A DNA stretch of 64,000 nucleotides from Escherichia coli (lineage in GTDB: Bacteria; Pseudomonadota; Gammaproteobacteria; Enterobacterales; Enterobacteriaceae): assembly GCF_002854065.1 (NCBI RefSeq), contig NZ_CP024147.1. One strand, 5' to 3'. Below are positions 1 to 9,583 of the stretch, piece after piece; positions within the stretch are counted from its first letter, which is position 1, and every line of letters begins with the position of its first letter. Position numbers and translations under genes: made by a program. Below the pieces are notes generated by a model. The model worked only from the letters and a program-made list of their open reading frames with translations. It ran no database searches and was not told where the DNA came from.

Positions 1-472
1 CTTCTTCATCCGGTGATTTATTCGACACTTCAATATCATATTTAAATGAATTGCCAAAAATAGGTGTCTCAGGAAAGTTGACTAATCTACACTCCGTCTT
101 TTGCTGTTGACGTATTAAAAAAGAAGGGAAGATATTTACGAGATCCCAATAATCACGGTGGCGGTATACACGGGGAGAGCAGCCGAATAACTTTTTAAAT
201 TCGCGGCTGAATGACTGCTGTGAATCAAAATGCAAAGAGAGTGCAATATCAAGCATAGATTTCGCGGTGAGCCGGACAAGAATGGCGGCACGACAAAGCC
301 TTCGTTTGCGAATGTATTCTCCCAAAGACACATGCATGAAATTTCGGAACAGAAGCTGGATGTTGCGTCTGCTGTAGCCAGATTTCTGTGCGATATCTTC
401 GATTGAAATAGGGTGCTCAAGATTGCACTCAATCCACTCCAGGAGCTGCTGTAGAATCTTCTGCCTGATCAT
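1..472 (-). CDS. AraC/XylS-family transcriptional regulator, N-terminal MarA/Rob-like HTH part; 3' end lies beyond the window start
   Basis: Minus-strand frame from ATG at 470-472 stays open to position 1 (absent from ORF track because no stop in window). Translation MIRQKILQQLLEWIECNLEHPISIEDIAQKSGYSRRNIQLLFRNF...SQQSFSREFKKLFGCSPRVYRHR has the double helix-turn-helix signature of MarA/SoxS/Rob. Possibly ykgA, not confirmed. Confidence 0.65.
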   Translation of the reverse strand, partial: MIRQKILQQLLEWIECNLEHPISIEDIAQKSGYSRRNIQLLFRNFMHVSLGEYIRKRRLCRAAILVRLTAKSMLDIALSLHFDSQQSFSREFKKLFGCSPRVYRHRDYWDLVNIFPSFLIRQQQKTECRLVNFPETPIFGNSFKYDIEVSNKSPDEE

Positions 473-704
473 CACATTCTCCGTTAATTCTTTGTCATAT
501 CGCACATTTTCGTTATGCCCTGGGCCCTAAGTGTATCAAAAACAGCAAGGCCCAAGGCAAAAGCACTGGTAGCGTCTGCTTCGTTGCCCCGAAAATAGAG
601 AGGTTTCAGTCCTACATTATTAATGAATTTTTTGCATAAGTGATATCAAAATCCACATACTAATTTGAGGTTACGTTTTAACGTAGACTCATTGTTCATG
701 CCTA

Positions 705-1589
705 ATGGAGGGACTGACAGTGGAATTTTCCGTATTAAGTAACAATCTGAAAATGCCGATGATGGGATTTGGTGTTTTTCAGGTTACCGATAAAAACGTG
801 TGCAAACAGTCAGTGTTGAACGCTATCCGCACGGGGTATCGACTCATCGACACTGCAGCGGTATACGGTAATGAAGATGCCGTCGGTGAAGCCGTTCGTG
901 AAGCTATATCCGAAGGTTTATGTACCCGAGAAGAGTTATTTTTAACGTCTAAATTGTGGGTGCAGGATATGTTGAATCAGGATACGGCAGCAGCAGGTAT
1001 TGAAGCATCATTAAAAAAATCGGGACTAGAATACTTCGACCTCTATTTATTGCATCAGGCTATGCGCGATTATTTCAGTGCGTGGCGTGCACTCGAAGAT
1101 GCCTATGAAGAGGGCAAATTAAAAGCGATTGGGGTTTCCAATTTCTATCCTCATGTTCTGGCGAACTTTTGTGAAACGGTAAGAGTTAAACCGATGGTCA
1201 ACCAGGTCGAGTTGCATCCCTATTTTGCCCAACCAGAGGCGCTGGCAACCATGAAGTATTATAACGTACAGCCTGAAGCATGGGCTCCGTTAGGTGGTGG
1301 ACGACATAAACCCTTTGAAAATAATCTGCTTCAGAGTATTGCAGATGCCCATCAAAAATCGATTTCTCAAGTCATTCTGCGTTGGAATATTCAACGGGGA
1401 GTGGTCGTTATTCCGAAATCGACACATCAACAGCGTATCGAAGAAAATTTTGCTATCTGGGATTTCTCACTGACAGAGAAAGAAATGGCACAAATTAGTT
1501 CGCTTGATTTGGGTTATGTTGGGGAGTCGGTAAAACATTTTAATCCTGAATTTGTTCGTGGTTGTCTTGCTGTAAAAATACATGATTGA
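705..1589 (+). CDS. aldo-keto reductase family oxidoreductase (DkgA/DkgB-like), 294 aa
   Basis: ORF track; N-terminal ...LKMPMMGFGVFQ and IDTAAVYGNE motifs typical of AKR superfamily; divergent from the AraC gene. Confidence 0.8.
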   Translation: MEGLTVEFSVLSNNLKMPMMGFGVFQVTDKNVCKQSVLNAIRTGYRLIDTAAVYGNEDAVGEAVREAISEGLCTREELFLTSKLWVQDMLNQDTAAAGIEASLKKSGLEYFDLYLLHQAMRDYFSAWRALEDAYEEGKLKAIGVSNFYPHVLANFCETVRVKPMVNQVELHPYFAQPEALATMKYYNVQPEAWAPLGGGRHKPFENNLLQSIADAHQKSISQVILRWNIQRGVVVIPKSTHQQRIEENFAIWDFSLTEKEMAQISSLDLGYVGESVKHFNPEFVRGCLAVKIHD

Positions 1590-1678
1590 TATTAATCATG
1601 TATTTTACCTGAGACGACAAGAATCTTTTAACAGGGGAGTGATATTGATCTTCACTCTGTCATATCTCCGGTAATATG

Positions 1679-1715
1679 GCGTCAGGCTTCATCATCAGAA
1701 AGGGGGCCTGACGCC
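1679..1715. terminator. perfect 10-bp inverted repeat (ggcgtcaggc / gcctgacgcc) between convergent AKR gene and rclC; putative bidirectional terminator
   Basis: Read directly from sequence; no strong U-tract on either strand, so termination is a guess. Confidence 0.4.
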
Positions 1716-1748
1716 TGAAAAAGTGAACAACAGACAGTGTTCGGATTA

Positions 1749-2351
1749 TCAATATTCAGTTTTTAACGTTGAACTGGATTCATTACTGCGTTGTTTAAGA
1801 ATTTCCCGCGCCGAATCTGCCATTATCATGACAGCACCTGCCAACATCAGAGTATCTTTCAATACCAAGCGACCAGCACCGGATAAATAAGGGAAACCAT
1901 GATGAGCGTCACCCAATGCGGGTACCCATGCCTCCGGGGTGGTGATTAAAAATGAGAGTGTTACCAACGGTGTGGTAAATGCCATCAGCCCTCCCAATAA
2001 ACCTAACCAGCGATTGACAGGATTAGCCAAAACCAGCAGAGCAATAATCACCTCCACGACGCCAAGACCGTTGGAAAAACCATAGGTATTATTGGCCGAT
2101 TGCCATGCCCTTGCTTCTGGTTTGTATTCGCCTTCGTGAGTCAGATACTGTTTATAGTCTTCCGGGTGTTCATAAAAGAACGACATTAGTGGACTGTTTG
2201 CGACGAATGGTGTAATGCTGTCTGCCTCGTAAGGGACAAACTTTAATAACCCAATCCACATAAAAACAATCGCAATACTCAGACGAATCAATGTCAGGCC
2301 AATTTTATCTCCCCGACTTAACAGGTGCAGGTATTTTTCCATTGTGAACAT
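1749..2351 (-). CDS. rclC: RclC, DUF417 inner membrane protein of reactive chlorine resistance operon
   Basis: 200-aa hydrophobic ORF; position downstream of rclA/rclB; recalled similarity to YkgB/RclC. Confidence 0.85.
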   Translation of the reverse strand: MFTMEKYLHLLSRGDKIGLTLIRLSIAIVFMWIGLLKFVPYEADSITPFVANSPLMSFFYEHPEDYKQYLTHEGEYKPEARAWQSANNTYGFSNGLGVVEVIIALLVLANPVNRWLGLLGGLMAFTTPLVTLSFLITTPEAWVPALGDAHHGFPYLSGAGRLVLKDTLMLAGAVMIMADSAREILKQRSNESSSTLKTEY

Positions 2352-2353
2352 CC

Positions 2354-2590
2354 TTATTTATACAATACTGCTGTTGCGGTTGAATTATTATCAATTCGCA
2401 TCGATGTGACTTTCCAGGATGAAGCATTATATTTTCTGGCTATATCAGCAATGGCATCCTCCAGAACTGTCGGTGATGCTGATACTGACGAGACGCTGAT
2501 ATGTTTCAGAATTATTTTATCATCTGCATTGGTGGAAAATGCCATAACGCCAGATAATAGTGTTGCAAATAAAACGGATTTTTTAAACAT
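2354..2590 (-). CDS. rclB: RclB, small periplasmic DUF1471 (YdgH/BhsA/McbA family) protein
   Basis: ORF track 2354..2605; likely start at MFKKSV (2590) giving 78 aa with signal peptide. Confidence 0.8.
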   Translation of the reverse strand: MFKKSVLFATLLSGVMAFSTNADDKIILKHISVSSVSASPTVLEDAIADIARKYNASSWKVTSMRIDNNSTATAVLYK

Positions 2591-2698
2591 ATAAAATACC
2601 ATCAATGAAGTGATTAAGAAGTTATAGAGTAACAGGGAATTAATAAGATTCTTTTCTCTGAGACGCCAGAATATTTGTTCTGGCGTCTGATTTTGAGT

Positions 2699-4024
2699 TT
2701 ATTTGACTAATGAAAATAGATCATTGAGTGATTCGCTCATCGACGGATGAGTAAATATCTGATCGCGTAATATGCTATAAGGCAGCCCGGCATCCATCAC
2801 CATTTTCACTATATTAATCATCTCGTGGGAGTCAACACACAGCAGTGATGCCCCTAATATACGTTGGGTTTTATTATCAACAATCGCTTTTAATACCCCA
2901 CGGGTATCGTTCATCACTCTGGCGCGCGGAATTGCAGCTACAGGCAATGTCACCACCTGAATATCAGCACCACTCTCTCTGGCTTGTTCTTCTGTCATAC
3001 CAACCCTGGACAGGGGCGGTGTCATAAATACGGAATAAGGCACATTTTTCCGATCATCAGTACTACGTTTGCCTTCACCCAGTAACTCATCACGTACAAT
3101 GCGGTAATCATCCAGTGATATGTAAGTAAATTGCAGCCCGCCGGTAACATCTCCCATCGCCCAAATATTGTCTGCGGTGGTATGTAATCGCTTGTCAACG
3201 ACAATTGCCCCGCGCTCGTTTACTGCGATACCGGCATTTTCTGGATGTAACGAAGCGGTAGCCGGTTGACGACCGGAAGCTATTAACAGTGCATCCACCG
3301 CCAGTTGGGCGTGCTCGCTATGCACTTGCACTTGATTTTCATGGTGACAGATTCGCTCCACATGGGCATTGAGGATAATATCGACGCCCTGATCGCGTAA
3401 AATCGTCGCGATATTATCAGCAATATCCCGATCTTCCCGAGGCAAAAACAGCGAAGCTGCTTCTAAAATGGTTACCTTGCTGCCAAAATTAGCGAACATA
3501 GAGGCGAACTCAACGCCAATATATCCGCCGCCCAAAATACCTAAATGCCCAGGCAATTCTTTTAGATTAAGTAATCCGGTGCTGTCATATACACCAGGCG
3601 TGGTGATAATTCCAGGAATTGGCGGAACCACGGTTTGTGCACCAGTATTAATAAAAATTTTCTCGCCATGAATCTCCTGATTTCCCTCAGGCCGATGAAC
3701 ACGCAGGCTATGATTATTGATAAACTCCGCCTGGCCGTTGATCACGTCGATATTGGGCATATCTGCAAGATTATGAAAATTCTTATTACGTAAAAAATTA
3801 ACCACTTCATTTTTACGCTGTATGGCACGGACAAAATCTGTGTGCTGCTGTGCGTCATGAACCAATGTTTTGGTTGGGATGCAGCCGATATTAATACAGG
3901 TCCCGCCATACATTGCATTTGATTGTTCGATGAGAGCCACACGCCAACCTGCTTTTGCCAGCGTGACGGCTAATGTTTTTCCAGCCTTGCCAAAACCAAT
4001 AATCACTGCCTGATATTTATTCAT
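2699..4024 (-). CDS. rclA: RclA, pyridine nucleotide-disulfide (group I flavoprotein) oxidoreductase
   Basis: ORF track 2699..4051; start placed at MNKYQAVIIGFGKAGK (441 aa); FAD-binding GxGxxG and redox-active CINIGC motif visible. Confidence 0.9.
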   Translation of the reverse strand: MNKYQAVIIGFGKAGKTLAVTLAKAGWRVALIEQSNAMYGGTCINIGCIPTKTLVHDAQQHTDFVRAIQRKNEVVNFLRNKNFHNLADMPNIDVINGQAEFINNHSLRVHRPEGNQEIHGEKIFINTGAQTVVPPIPGIITTPGVYDSTGLLNLKELPGHLGILGGGYIGVEFASMFANFGSKVTILEAASLFLPREDRDIADNIATILRDQGVDIILNAHVERICHHENQVQVHSEHAQLAVDALLIASGRQPATASLHPENAGIAVNERGAIVVDKRLHTTADNIWAMGDVTGGLQFTYISLDDYRIVRDELLGEGKRSTDDRKNVPYSVFMTPPLSRVGMTEEQARESGADIQVVTLPVAAIPRARVMNDTRGVLKAIVDNKTQRILGASLLCVDSHEMINIVKMVMDAGLPYSILRDQIFTHPSMSESLNDLFSLVK

Positions 4025-4051
4025 GATGATTTCCTGTCGAAACGCGTTCAT

Positions 4052-4249
4052 TTGACATCATGACTATAGACGCAAAAGAGCAAATAACATTTCTTCACAA
4101 CGCTTGATATTTTGTCTTATCGTCTGGTATTTTCTTTTTCTTAATCAGAATCACAAAACAAAAATCACGATTAACTATTTGATGGTATTAGATTAGTTAT
4201 TTACTAAGATTGTTGGTGTTTGTAATCAAAAACCACTCAGGAGTCTGAT
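4052..4249. promoter_or_regulatory. divergent rclA / rclR promoter region
   Basis: AT-rich 198-bp gap between divergently oriented rclA and rclR. Confidence 0.5.
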
Positions 4250-5104
4250 ATGGATGCCCTTAGCCGTTTGTTGATGCTTAACGCTCCACAAGGAACGATC
4301 GATAAGAATTGCGTGTTAGGAAGTGACTGGCAGCTTCCACATGGTGCCGGGGAATTATCGGTTATTCGTTGGCATGCGTTAACGCAAGGAGCGGCGAAGC
4401 TGGAAATGCCGACGGGAGAGATTTTTACATTACGCCCGGGAAATGTGGTCCTGCTACCACAAAATTCAGCTCATCGCCTGAGTCATGTCGATAATGAATC
4501 GACCTGTATTGTCTGTGGTACTCTTCGGCTGCAACATTCGGCACGTTATTTTTTAACGTCTTTGCCGGAAACGCTGTTTTTAGCACCGGTTAACCACAGC
4601 GTGGAATATAACTGGCTGAGGGAGGCGATCCCGTTTTTACAACAGGAATCCAGATCGGCAATGCCGGGAGTGGATGCACTGTGTAGCCAGATCTGCGCTA
4701 CATTCTTTACCCTCGCGGTGCGTGAGTGGATTGCACAGGTTAATACTGAGAAAAACATTCTCAGTTTGCTTCTGCATCCACGTCTTGGTGCGGTAATACA
4801 GCAAATGCTGGAAATGCCAGGACACGCCTGGACCGTCGAATCGCTGGCCAGCATCGCCCACATGTCCCGGGCAAGTTTTGCCCAGCTTTTCCGTGATGTT
4901 TCCGGAACCACGCCGCTGGCTGTATTAACAAAGTTGCGTCTACAAATAGCGGCCCAGATGTTTTCCCGGGAAATGCTCCCTGTTGTGGTGATCGCTGAGT
5001 CAGTAGGCTATGCCAGTGAATCATCTTTTCACAAGGCGTTTGTCCGCGAGTTTGGTTGTACTCCGGGAGAATATCGGGAAAGGGTCAGACAGCTTGCACC
5101 CTGA
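4250..5104 (+). CDS. rclR: RclR, AraC-family redox-sensing activator of rclABC
   Basis: 284-aa ORF with C-terminal AraC HTH (…SRASFAQLFRDVSGTTP…); divergent from rclA. Confidence 0.9.
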   Translation: MDALSRLLMLNAPQGTIDKNCVLGSDWQLPHGAGELSVIRWHALTQGAAKLEMPTGEIFTLRPGNVVLLPQNSAHRLSHVDNESTCIVCGTLRLQHSARYFLTSLPETLFLAPVNHSVEYNWLREAIPFLQQESRSAMPGVDALCSQICATFFTLAVREWIAQVNTEKNILSLLLHPRLGAVIQQMLEMPGHAWTVESLASIAHMSRASFAQLFRDVSGTTPLAVLTKLRLQIAAQMFSREMLPVVVIAESVGYASESSFHKAFVREFGCTPGEYRERVRQLAP

Positions 5105-5631
5105 ATAAAACCGCCAGAAATCAGGGCAAAGATAATCCGCATTCCGGGAGTTGTGAGCCTTTCAACTATTTCTATTTCCAACGGTGGTTTGGGCTTTATA
5201 TATTTTTTTCTGATGGACTCTTGCTCAGTTTTTAAATAAAAATGCAAACTAAATTGCTTCAATTAAATAAAATCCCGACTATTACTCGATACGTGATTAT
5301 TGTCGGTGATTTTTTTGTACACCATCAGTGTATATCTCAATAACCCCTGAATAAGTAGCTCTGAATAGGTATAAGGGATGTAGCCATTTTTAAATGGATT
5401 TCTTATGCTAAAAATGATCGTCGATTTCCCCATAAAATGTGAGCGATGCCGAAAGAAATAAAATTAGTTATTGCATTTGAAGTTTGGATGAAAGATTATC
5501 ATTTGTCATACAAATGAGGAGTGGTATGTTGCTAGCCAATTAAAAAAGAACGCCATATTTATTGATGATTGCTCCCCCGGTGGGGGGGAAACATCGGGCA
5601 TAAATGGGCATGAAGTAATGGAGTATTAGTT

Positions 5632-6351
5632 GTGAATGTCAATTTCTTTGTCACCTGTATTGGTGACGCCCTGAAATCAAGAATGGCACGAGACTCCGTG
5701 CTGCTACTGGAAAAACTCGGCTGTCGCGTAAATTTCCCGGAGAAACAGGGATGCTGCGGTCAGCCTGCGATCAATAGCGGTTATATCAAAGAAGCTATTC
5801 CAGGGATGAAAAATCTGATCGCCGCACTGGAGGATAACGATGATCCCATTATTTCACCGGCTGGCTCCTGCACCTATGCCGTAAAAAGTTACCCGATGTA
5901 TCTGGCGGATGAACCTGAATGGGCATCACGTGCCGCAAAGGTTGCCGCGCGTATGCAGGATCTCACCTCTTTTATTGTTAATAAATTAGGGGTAGTCGAT
6001 GTAGGTGCCAGTTTGCAAGGGAGAGCGGTGTATCACCCATCTTGTAGCCTGGCCCGTAAGTTGGGGGTGAAGGACGAGCCACTTACGCTGCTGAAAAATG
6101 TGCGTGGACTGGAGCTGTTGACCTTTGCTGAACAGGATACCTGCTGCGGATTTGGCGGCACGTTCTCGGTCAAAATGGCCGAAATATCCGGCGAGATGGT
6201 GAAAGAAAAGGTTGCGCACCTGATGGAAGTCCGCCCTGAGTATTTAATAGGTGCTGACGTGAGTTGCCTGCTGAACATCAGTGGGCGATTACAACGGGAA
6301 GGGCAGAAAGTCAAAGTGATGCATATTGCTGAAGTGTTGATGAGCCGCTGA
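5632..6351 (+). CDS. ykgE: cysteine-rich (CCG domain) Fe-S oxidoreductase subunit, LutA-like
   Basis: 239 aa, GTG start; CCG-domain cysteine motifs (CCGQP, CCGFGG). Confidence 0.85.
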   Translation: MNVNFFVTCIGDALKSRMARDSVLLLEKLGCRVNFPEKQGCCGQPAINSGYIKEAIPGMKNLIAALEDNDDPIISPAGSCTYAVKSYPMYLADEPEWASRAAKVAARMQDLTSFIVNKLGVVDVGASLQGRAVYHPSCSLARKLGVKDEPLTLLKNVRGLELLTFAEQDTCCGFGGTFSVKMAEISGEMVKEKVAHLMEVRPEYLIGADVSCLLNISGRLQREGQKVKVMHIAEVLMSR

Positions 6352-6361
6352 GGATATAAAG

Positions 6362-7789
6362 ATGTCGATCAAAACCAGTAATACAGATTTTAAGACACGC
6401 ATCCGTCAGCAAATTGAAGATCCGATCATGCGCAAAGCGGTGGCAAACGCGCAGCAGCGTATTGGGGCAAATCGGCAAAAAATGGTCGATGAATTGGGGC
6501 ACTGGGAGGAGTGGCGCGATCGGGCCGCCCAGATACGTGATCATGTTCTGAGTAATCTCGACGCTTATCTGTACCAGCTCTCAGAAAAAGTGACGCAAAA
6601 CGGCGGTCACGTCTATTTTGCAAAAACCAAAGAAGACGCTACCCGCTACATTTTACAGGTTGCCCAACGCAAAAATGCCCGGAAGGTGGTGAAATCTAAA
6701 TCGATGGTGACCGAAGAGATTGGTGTCAATCATGTGTTGCAGGATGCTGGCATTCAGGTGATTGAAACCGATCTGGGTGAATATATTCTCCAGCTGGATC
6801 AAGATCCGCCATCTCATGTTGTGGTCCCGGCAATTCATAAAGATCGCCATCAGATCCGTCGAGTGCTACACGAACGTCTGGGCTATGAGGGGTCGGAAAC
6901 GCCTGAAGCAATGACCTTATTCATCCGGCAAAAAATCCGCGAAGATTTCCTCAGTGCTGAAATAGGTATTACCGGCTGTAATTTCGCGGTGGCAGAGACC
7001 GGTTCGGTATGCCTGGTGACCAATGAAGGTAATGCGCGAATGTGTACCACGCTGCCTAAAACGCATATTGCAGTGATGGGAATGGAGCGTATTGCCCCCA
7101 CGTTTGCCGAGGTAGATGTATTGATCACCATGCTGGCGCGCAGTGCCGTTGGTGCACGTTTGACGGGATACAACACCTGGCTGACAGGACCGCGCGAAGC
7201 GGGGCACGTTGATGGTCCTGAAGAGTTTCATCTGGTTATTGTCGATAACGGGCGTTCTGAGGTGCTGGCCTCTGAATTTCGGGATGTGCTGCGCTGTATT
7301 CGCTGCGGGGCTTGTATGAATACTTGTCCGGCATATCGCCATATTGGCGGTCATGGATATGGCTCTATTTATCCAGGGCCAATTGGTGCGGTGATTTCTC
7401 CGCTACTTGGCGGCTATAAAGATTTTAAAGATTTACCCTACGCCTGCTCTTTATGCACAGCTTGTGACAACGTGTGTCCAGTGCGTATTCCGCTGTCAAA
7501 ACTGATTTTGCGTCATCGTCGGGTGATGGCTGAAAAAGGGATCACCGCAAAAGCAGAGCAACGGGCGATAAAAATGTTCGCTTATGCCAATAGTCATCCA
7601 GGATTGTGGAAAGTCGGGATGATGGCCGGCGCTCATGCGGCAAGCTGGTTTATCAATGGCGGCAAAACACCACTCAAATTTGGCGCGATTAGCGACTGGA
7701 TGGAAGCACGCGATCTTCCTGAAGCTGACGGAGAGAGTTTCCGTAGTTGGTTTAAGAAACATCAGGCGCAGGAGAAAAAGAATGGATAA
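6362..7789 (+). CDS. ykgF: LutB-like 4Fe-4S ferredoxin-type oxidoreductase
   Basis: 475 aa; two CxxCxxCxxxCP ferredoxin motifs (CIRCGACMNTCP, CSLCTACDNVCP). Confidence 0.9.
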   Translation: MSIKTSNTDFKTRIRQQIEDPIMRKAVANAQQRIGANRQKMVDELGHWEEWRDRAAQIRDHVLSNLDAYLYQLSEKVTQNGGHVYFAKTKEDATRYILQVAQRKNARKVVKSKSMVTEEIGVNHVLQDAGIQVIETDLGEYILQLDQDPPSHVVVPAIHKDRHQIRRVLHERLGYEGSETPEAMTLFIRQKIREDFLSAEIGITGCNFAVAETGSVCLVTNEGNARMCTTLPKTHIAVMGMERIAPTFAEVDVLITMLARSAVGARLTGYNTWLTGPREAGHVDGPEEFHLVIVDNGRSEVLASEFRDVLRCIRCGACMNTCPAYRHIGGHGYGSIYPGPIGAVISPLLGGYKDFKDLPYACSLCTACDNVCPVRIPLSKLILRHRRVMAEKGITAKAEQRAIKMFAYANSHPGLWKVGMMAGAHAASWFINGGKTPLKFGAISDWMEARDLPEADGESFRSWFKKHQAQEKKNG

Positions 7790-8477
7790 TCGAGGCGAAT
7801 TTTTGAATAACGTTGCTCAGGCACTGGGTCGCCCGCTGCGACTTGAACCGCAAGCAGAAGATGCGCCGCTTAACAACTATGCTAACGAGCGGCTTACCGA
7901 ACTTAACCAACAGCAGCGCTGTGACGCGTTTATTCAGTTTGCCAGCGATGTTATGTTGACGCGCTGTGAACTGACCAGCGAGGCGAAGGCGGCAGAAGCT
8001 GCAATACGACTGTGTAAAGAGCTGGGAGATCAGTCGGTCGTGATTAGCGGTGACACGAGGCTGGAGGAATTAGGGATTAGCGAACGTTTGCAGCAGGAAT
8101 GCAATGCCGTTGTTTGGGATCCGGCGAAAGGTGCCGAGAATATCTCGCAGGCAGAGCAGGCTAAAGTGGGTGTCGTGTATGCTGACTATGGTTTAACCGA
8201 ATCGGGAGGCGTGGTTCTTTTTTCCGCCGCCGAGCGCGGGCGTTCATTGAGCCTGCTCCCGGAATCATCTCTTTTTATCCTGCGTAAAAGCACAATCCTG
8301 CCGCGTGTAGCGCAACTCGCAGAAAAATTGCATCAGAAAGCGCAGGCCGGTGAACGAATGCCGTCATGTATTAACATCATCAGTGGTCCCAGCTCAACGG
8401 CGGACATTGAGCTTATCAAAGTCGTCGGGGTTCATGGTCCGGTGAAAGCGGTGTATCTGATTATTGAGGATTGCTGA
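7782..8477 (+). CDS. ykgG: LutC-like protein (DUF162)
   Basis: ORF track 7635..8477; start placed at ATG 7782 (MDNRGEF), overlapping ykgF stop by 8 nt; 231 aa. Confidence 0.85.
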   Translation: MDNRGEFLNNVAQALGRPLRLEPQAEDAPLNNYANERLTELNQQQRCDAFIQFASDVMLTRCELTSEAKAAEAAIRLCKELGDQSVVISGDTRLEELGISERLQQECNAVVWDPAKGAENISQAEQAKVGVVYADYGLTESGGVVLFSAAERGRSLSLLPESSLFILRKSTILPRVAQLAEKLHQKAQAGERMPSCINIISGPSSTADIELIKVVGVHGPVKAVYLIIEDC

Positions 8478-8582
8478 GAGAGGTATGAAGTCTGGACATA
8501 AACCTGAAGGCGGCATACGAGGTTTGAATAGCGTTAAGGGCAACCTGACTTAACCCCGTTCCGTCATGGTTATGCTCCTCTT

Positions 8583-8623
8583 CTGTAAATATCCTGGCAT
8601 TACTAATGCCAGGATATTTACAG
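8583..8623. terminator. perfect 18-bp-arm palindrome (ctgtaaatatcctggcat / atgccaggatatttacag) between convergent ykgG and ykgH; putative bidirectional terminator
   Basis: Read directly from sequence. Confidence 0.5.
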
Positions 8624-8718
8624 TGAAAAAGACAGGCATCCATTCCTGAAAACGGGTTCCCTTCCCGGTCATTGTCACTTCAGCTTTATACAGGCACTCT
8701 CTATCAGAATGCTGTTTA

Positions 8719-9387
8719 TTACTGCCCAGAGTTTTGTTGGTATTCATCTACCATTTTTTTAACAAGGCAAAACATTACAGAAATTACAATGCTTAGAAAA
8801 AATCCCAGAGCCAGGCAAATGGCAGCAGGGTATTTATTTTTTATTTCTGGTGAGCTTATAGTTACACAGCCATCACCGTTCGGATACAATGACCAGTTCC
8901 TGGTCAGGTATATCATTTTTGTATAAAGCTCACTGTTAATTGCTGAAGGCGTTTGTATCTCATCGAGAACTTGCCTGCCATTATGGTATTCTGACGCATA
9001 CCATTTGATAATAGACGCCTGCACGCGAGATATTTCCGCTTCAGCAGTTGGTAAATCTCTCTTATCTCCTGACCATTCCAGCTTTATTTCTCTGTTCTTG
9101 ACATCTGGGCTGGTGTGAAAAAATGTAGTAATTCGCTGAATAACATCTTCAGTCATTGTGGTCTGACAGGCAAAGTTATTATTGCTATCACAGTTAACAA
9201 GTATGCCTGGCGTTGTCTGGTTTATTTTTAGGCTGTAACTCACTTTTATATTATCTTTATTGATATACAGAAACAACAGCACCATAGCCATACAGATAGC
9301 CATAATAAAAAGGATAACACGAATCTTTTTCTTCAGATAAAATAAAATCTCAATCAGATCGATATCCTGTTTGATTTGTTCATTCAT
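8719..9387 (-). CDS. ykgH: inner membrane protein YkgH
   Basis: 222-aa ORF with one N-terminal and one C-terminal hydrophobic segment. Confidence 0.75.
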   Translation of the reverse strand: MNEQIKQDIDLIEILFYLKKKIRVILFIMAICMAMVLLFLYINKDNIKVSYSLKINQTTPGILVNCDSNNNFACQTTMTEDVIQRITTFFHTSPDVKNREIKLEWSGDKRDLPTAEAEISRVQASIIKWYASEYHNGRQVLDEIQTPSAINSELYTKMIYLTRNWSLYPNGDGCVTISSPEIKNKYPAAICLALGFFLSIVISVMFCLVKKMVDEYQQNSGQ

Positions 9388-9583
9388 AATATATCCAGAA
9401 AATAAAACCTGTCGCAGATAAGGTTGTATTAATAGTCTGTATCAGGAATGTTCGGGGTAAATATCAGCAAAAAACCAGCATCATGAATACTGGATATGAA
9501 GCATGAGAGTTACCCCTATGTTTTATATAACGATTCTGTCCCCATACCTGGAACGGTAACTCTCAATCTGATCGGTTCCTGAG

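Noticed and set aside
5574-5590. G/C palindrome cccccggtggggggg upstream of ykgE
   Set aside because: Too short and not followed by a U-tract; may be a protein-binding site but nothing in the sequence alone supports a specific call.
9500-9570. 11-bp inverted repeat (tgagagttacc / ggtaactctca) with about 40-nt spacer downstream of betA
   Set aside because: Loop too long for an intrinsic terminator and no T-tract; could be a protein-binding site but cannot be assigned.
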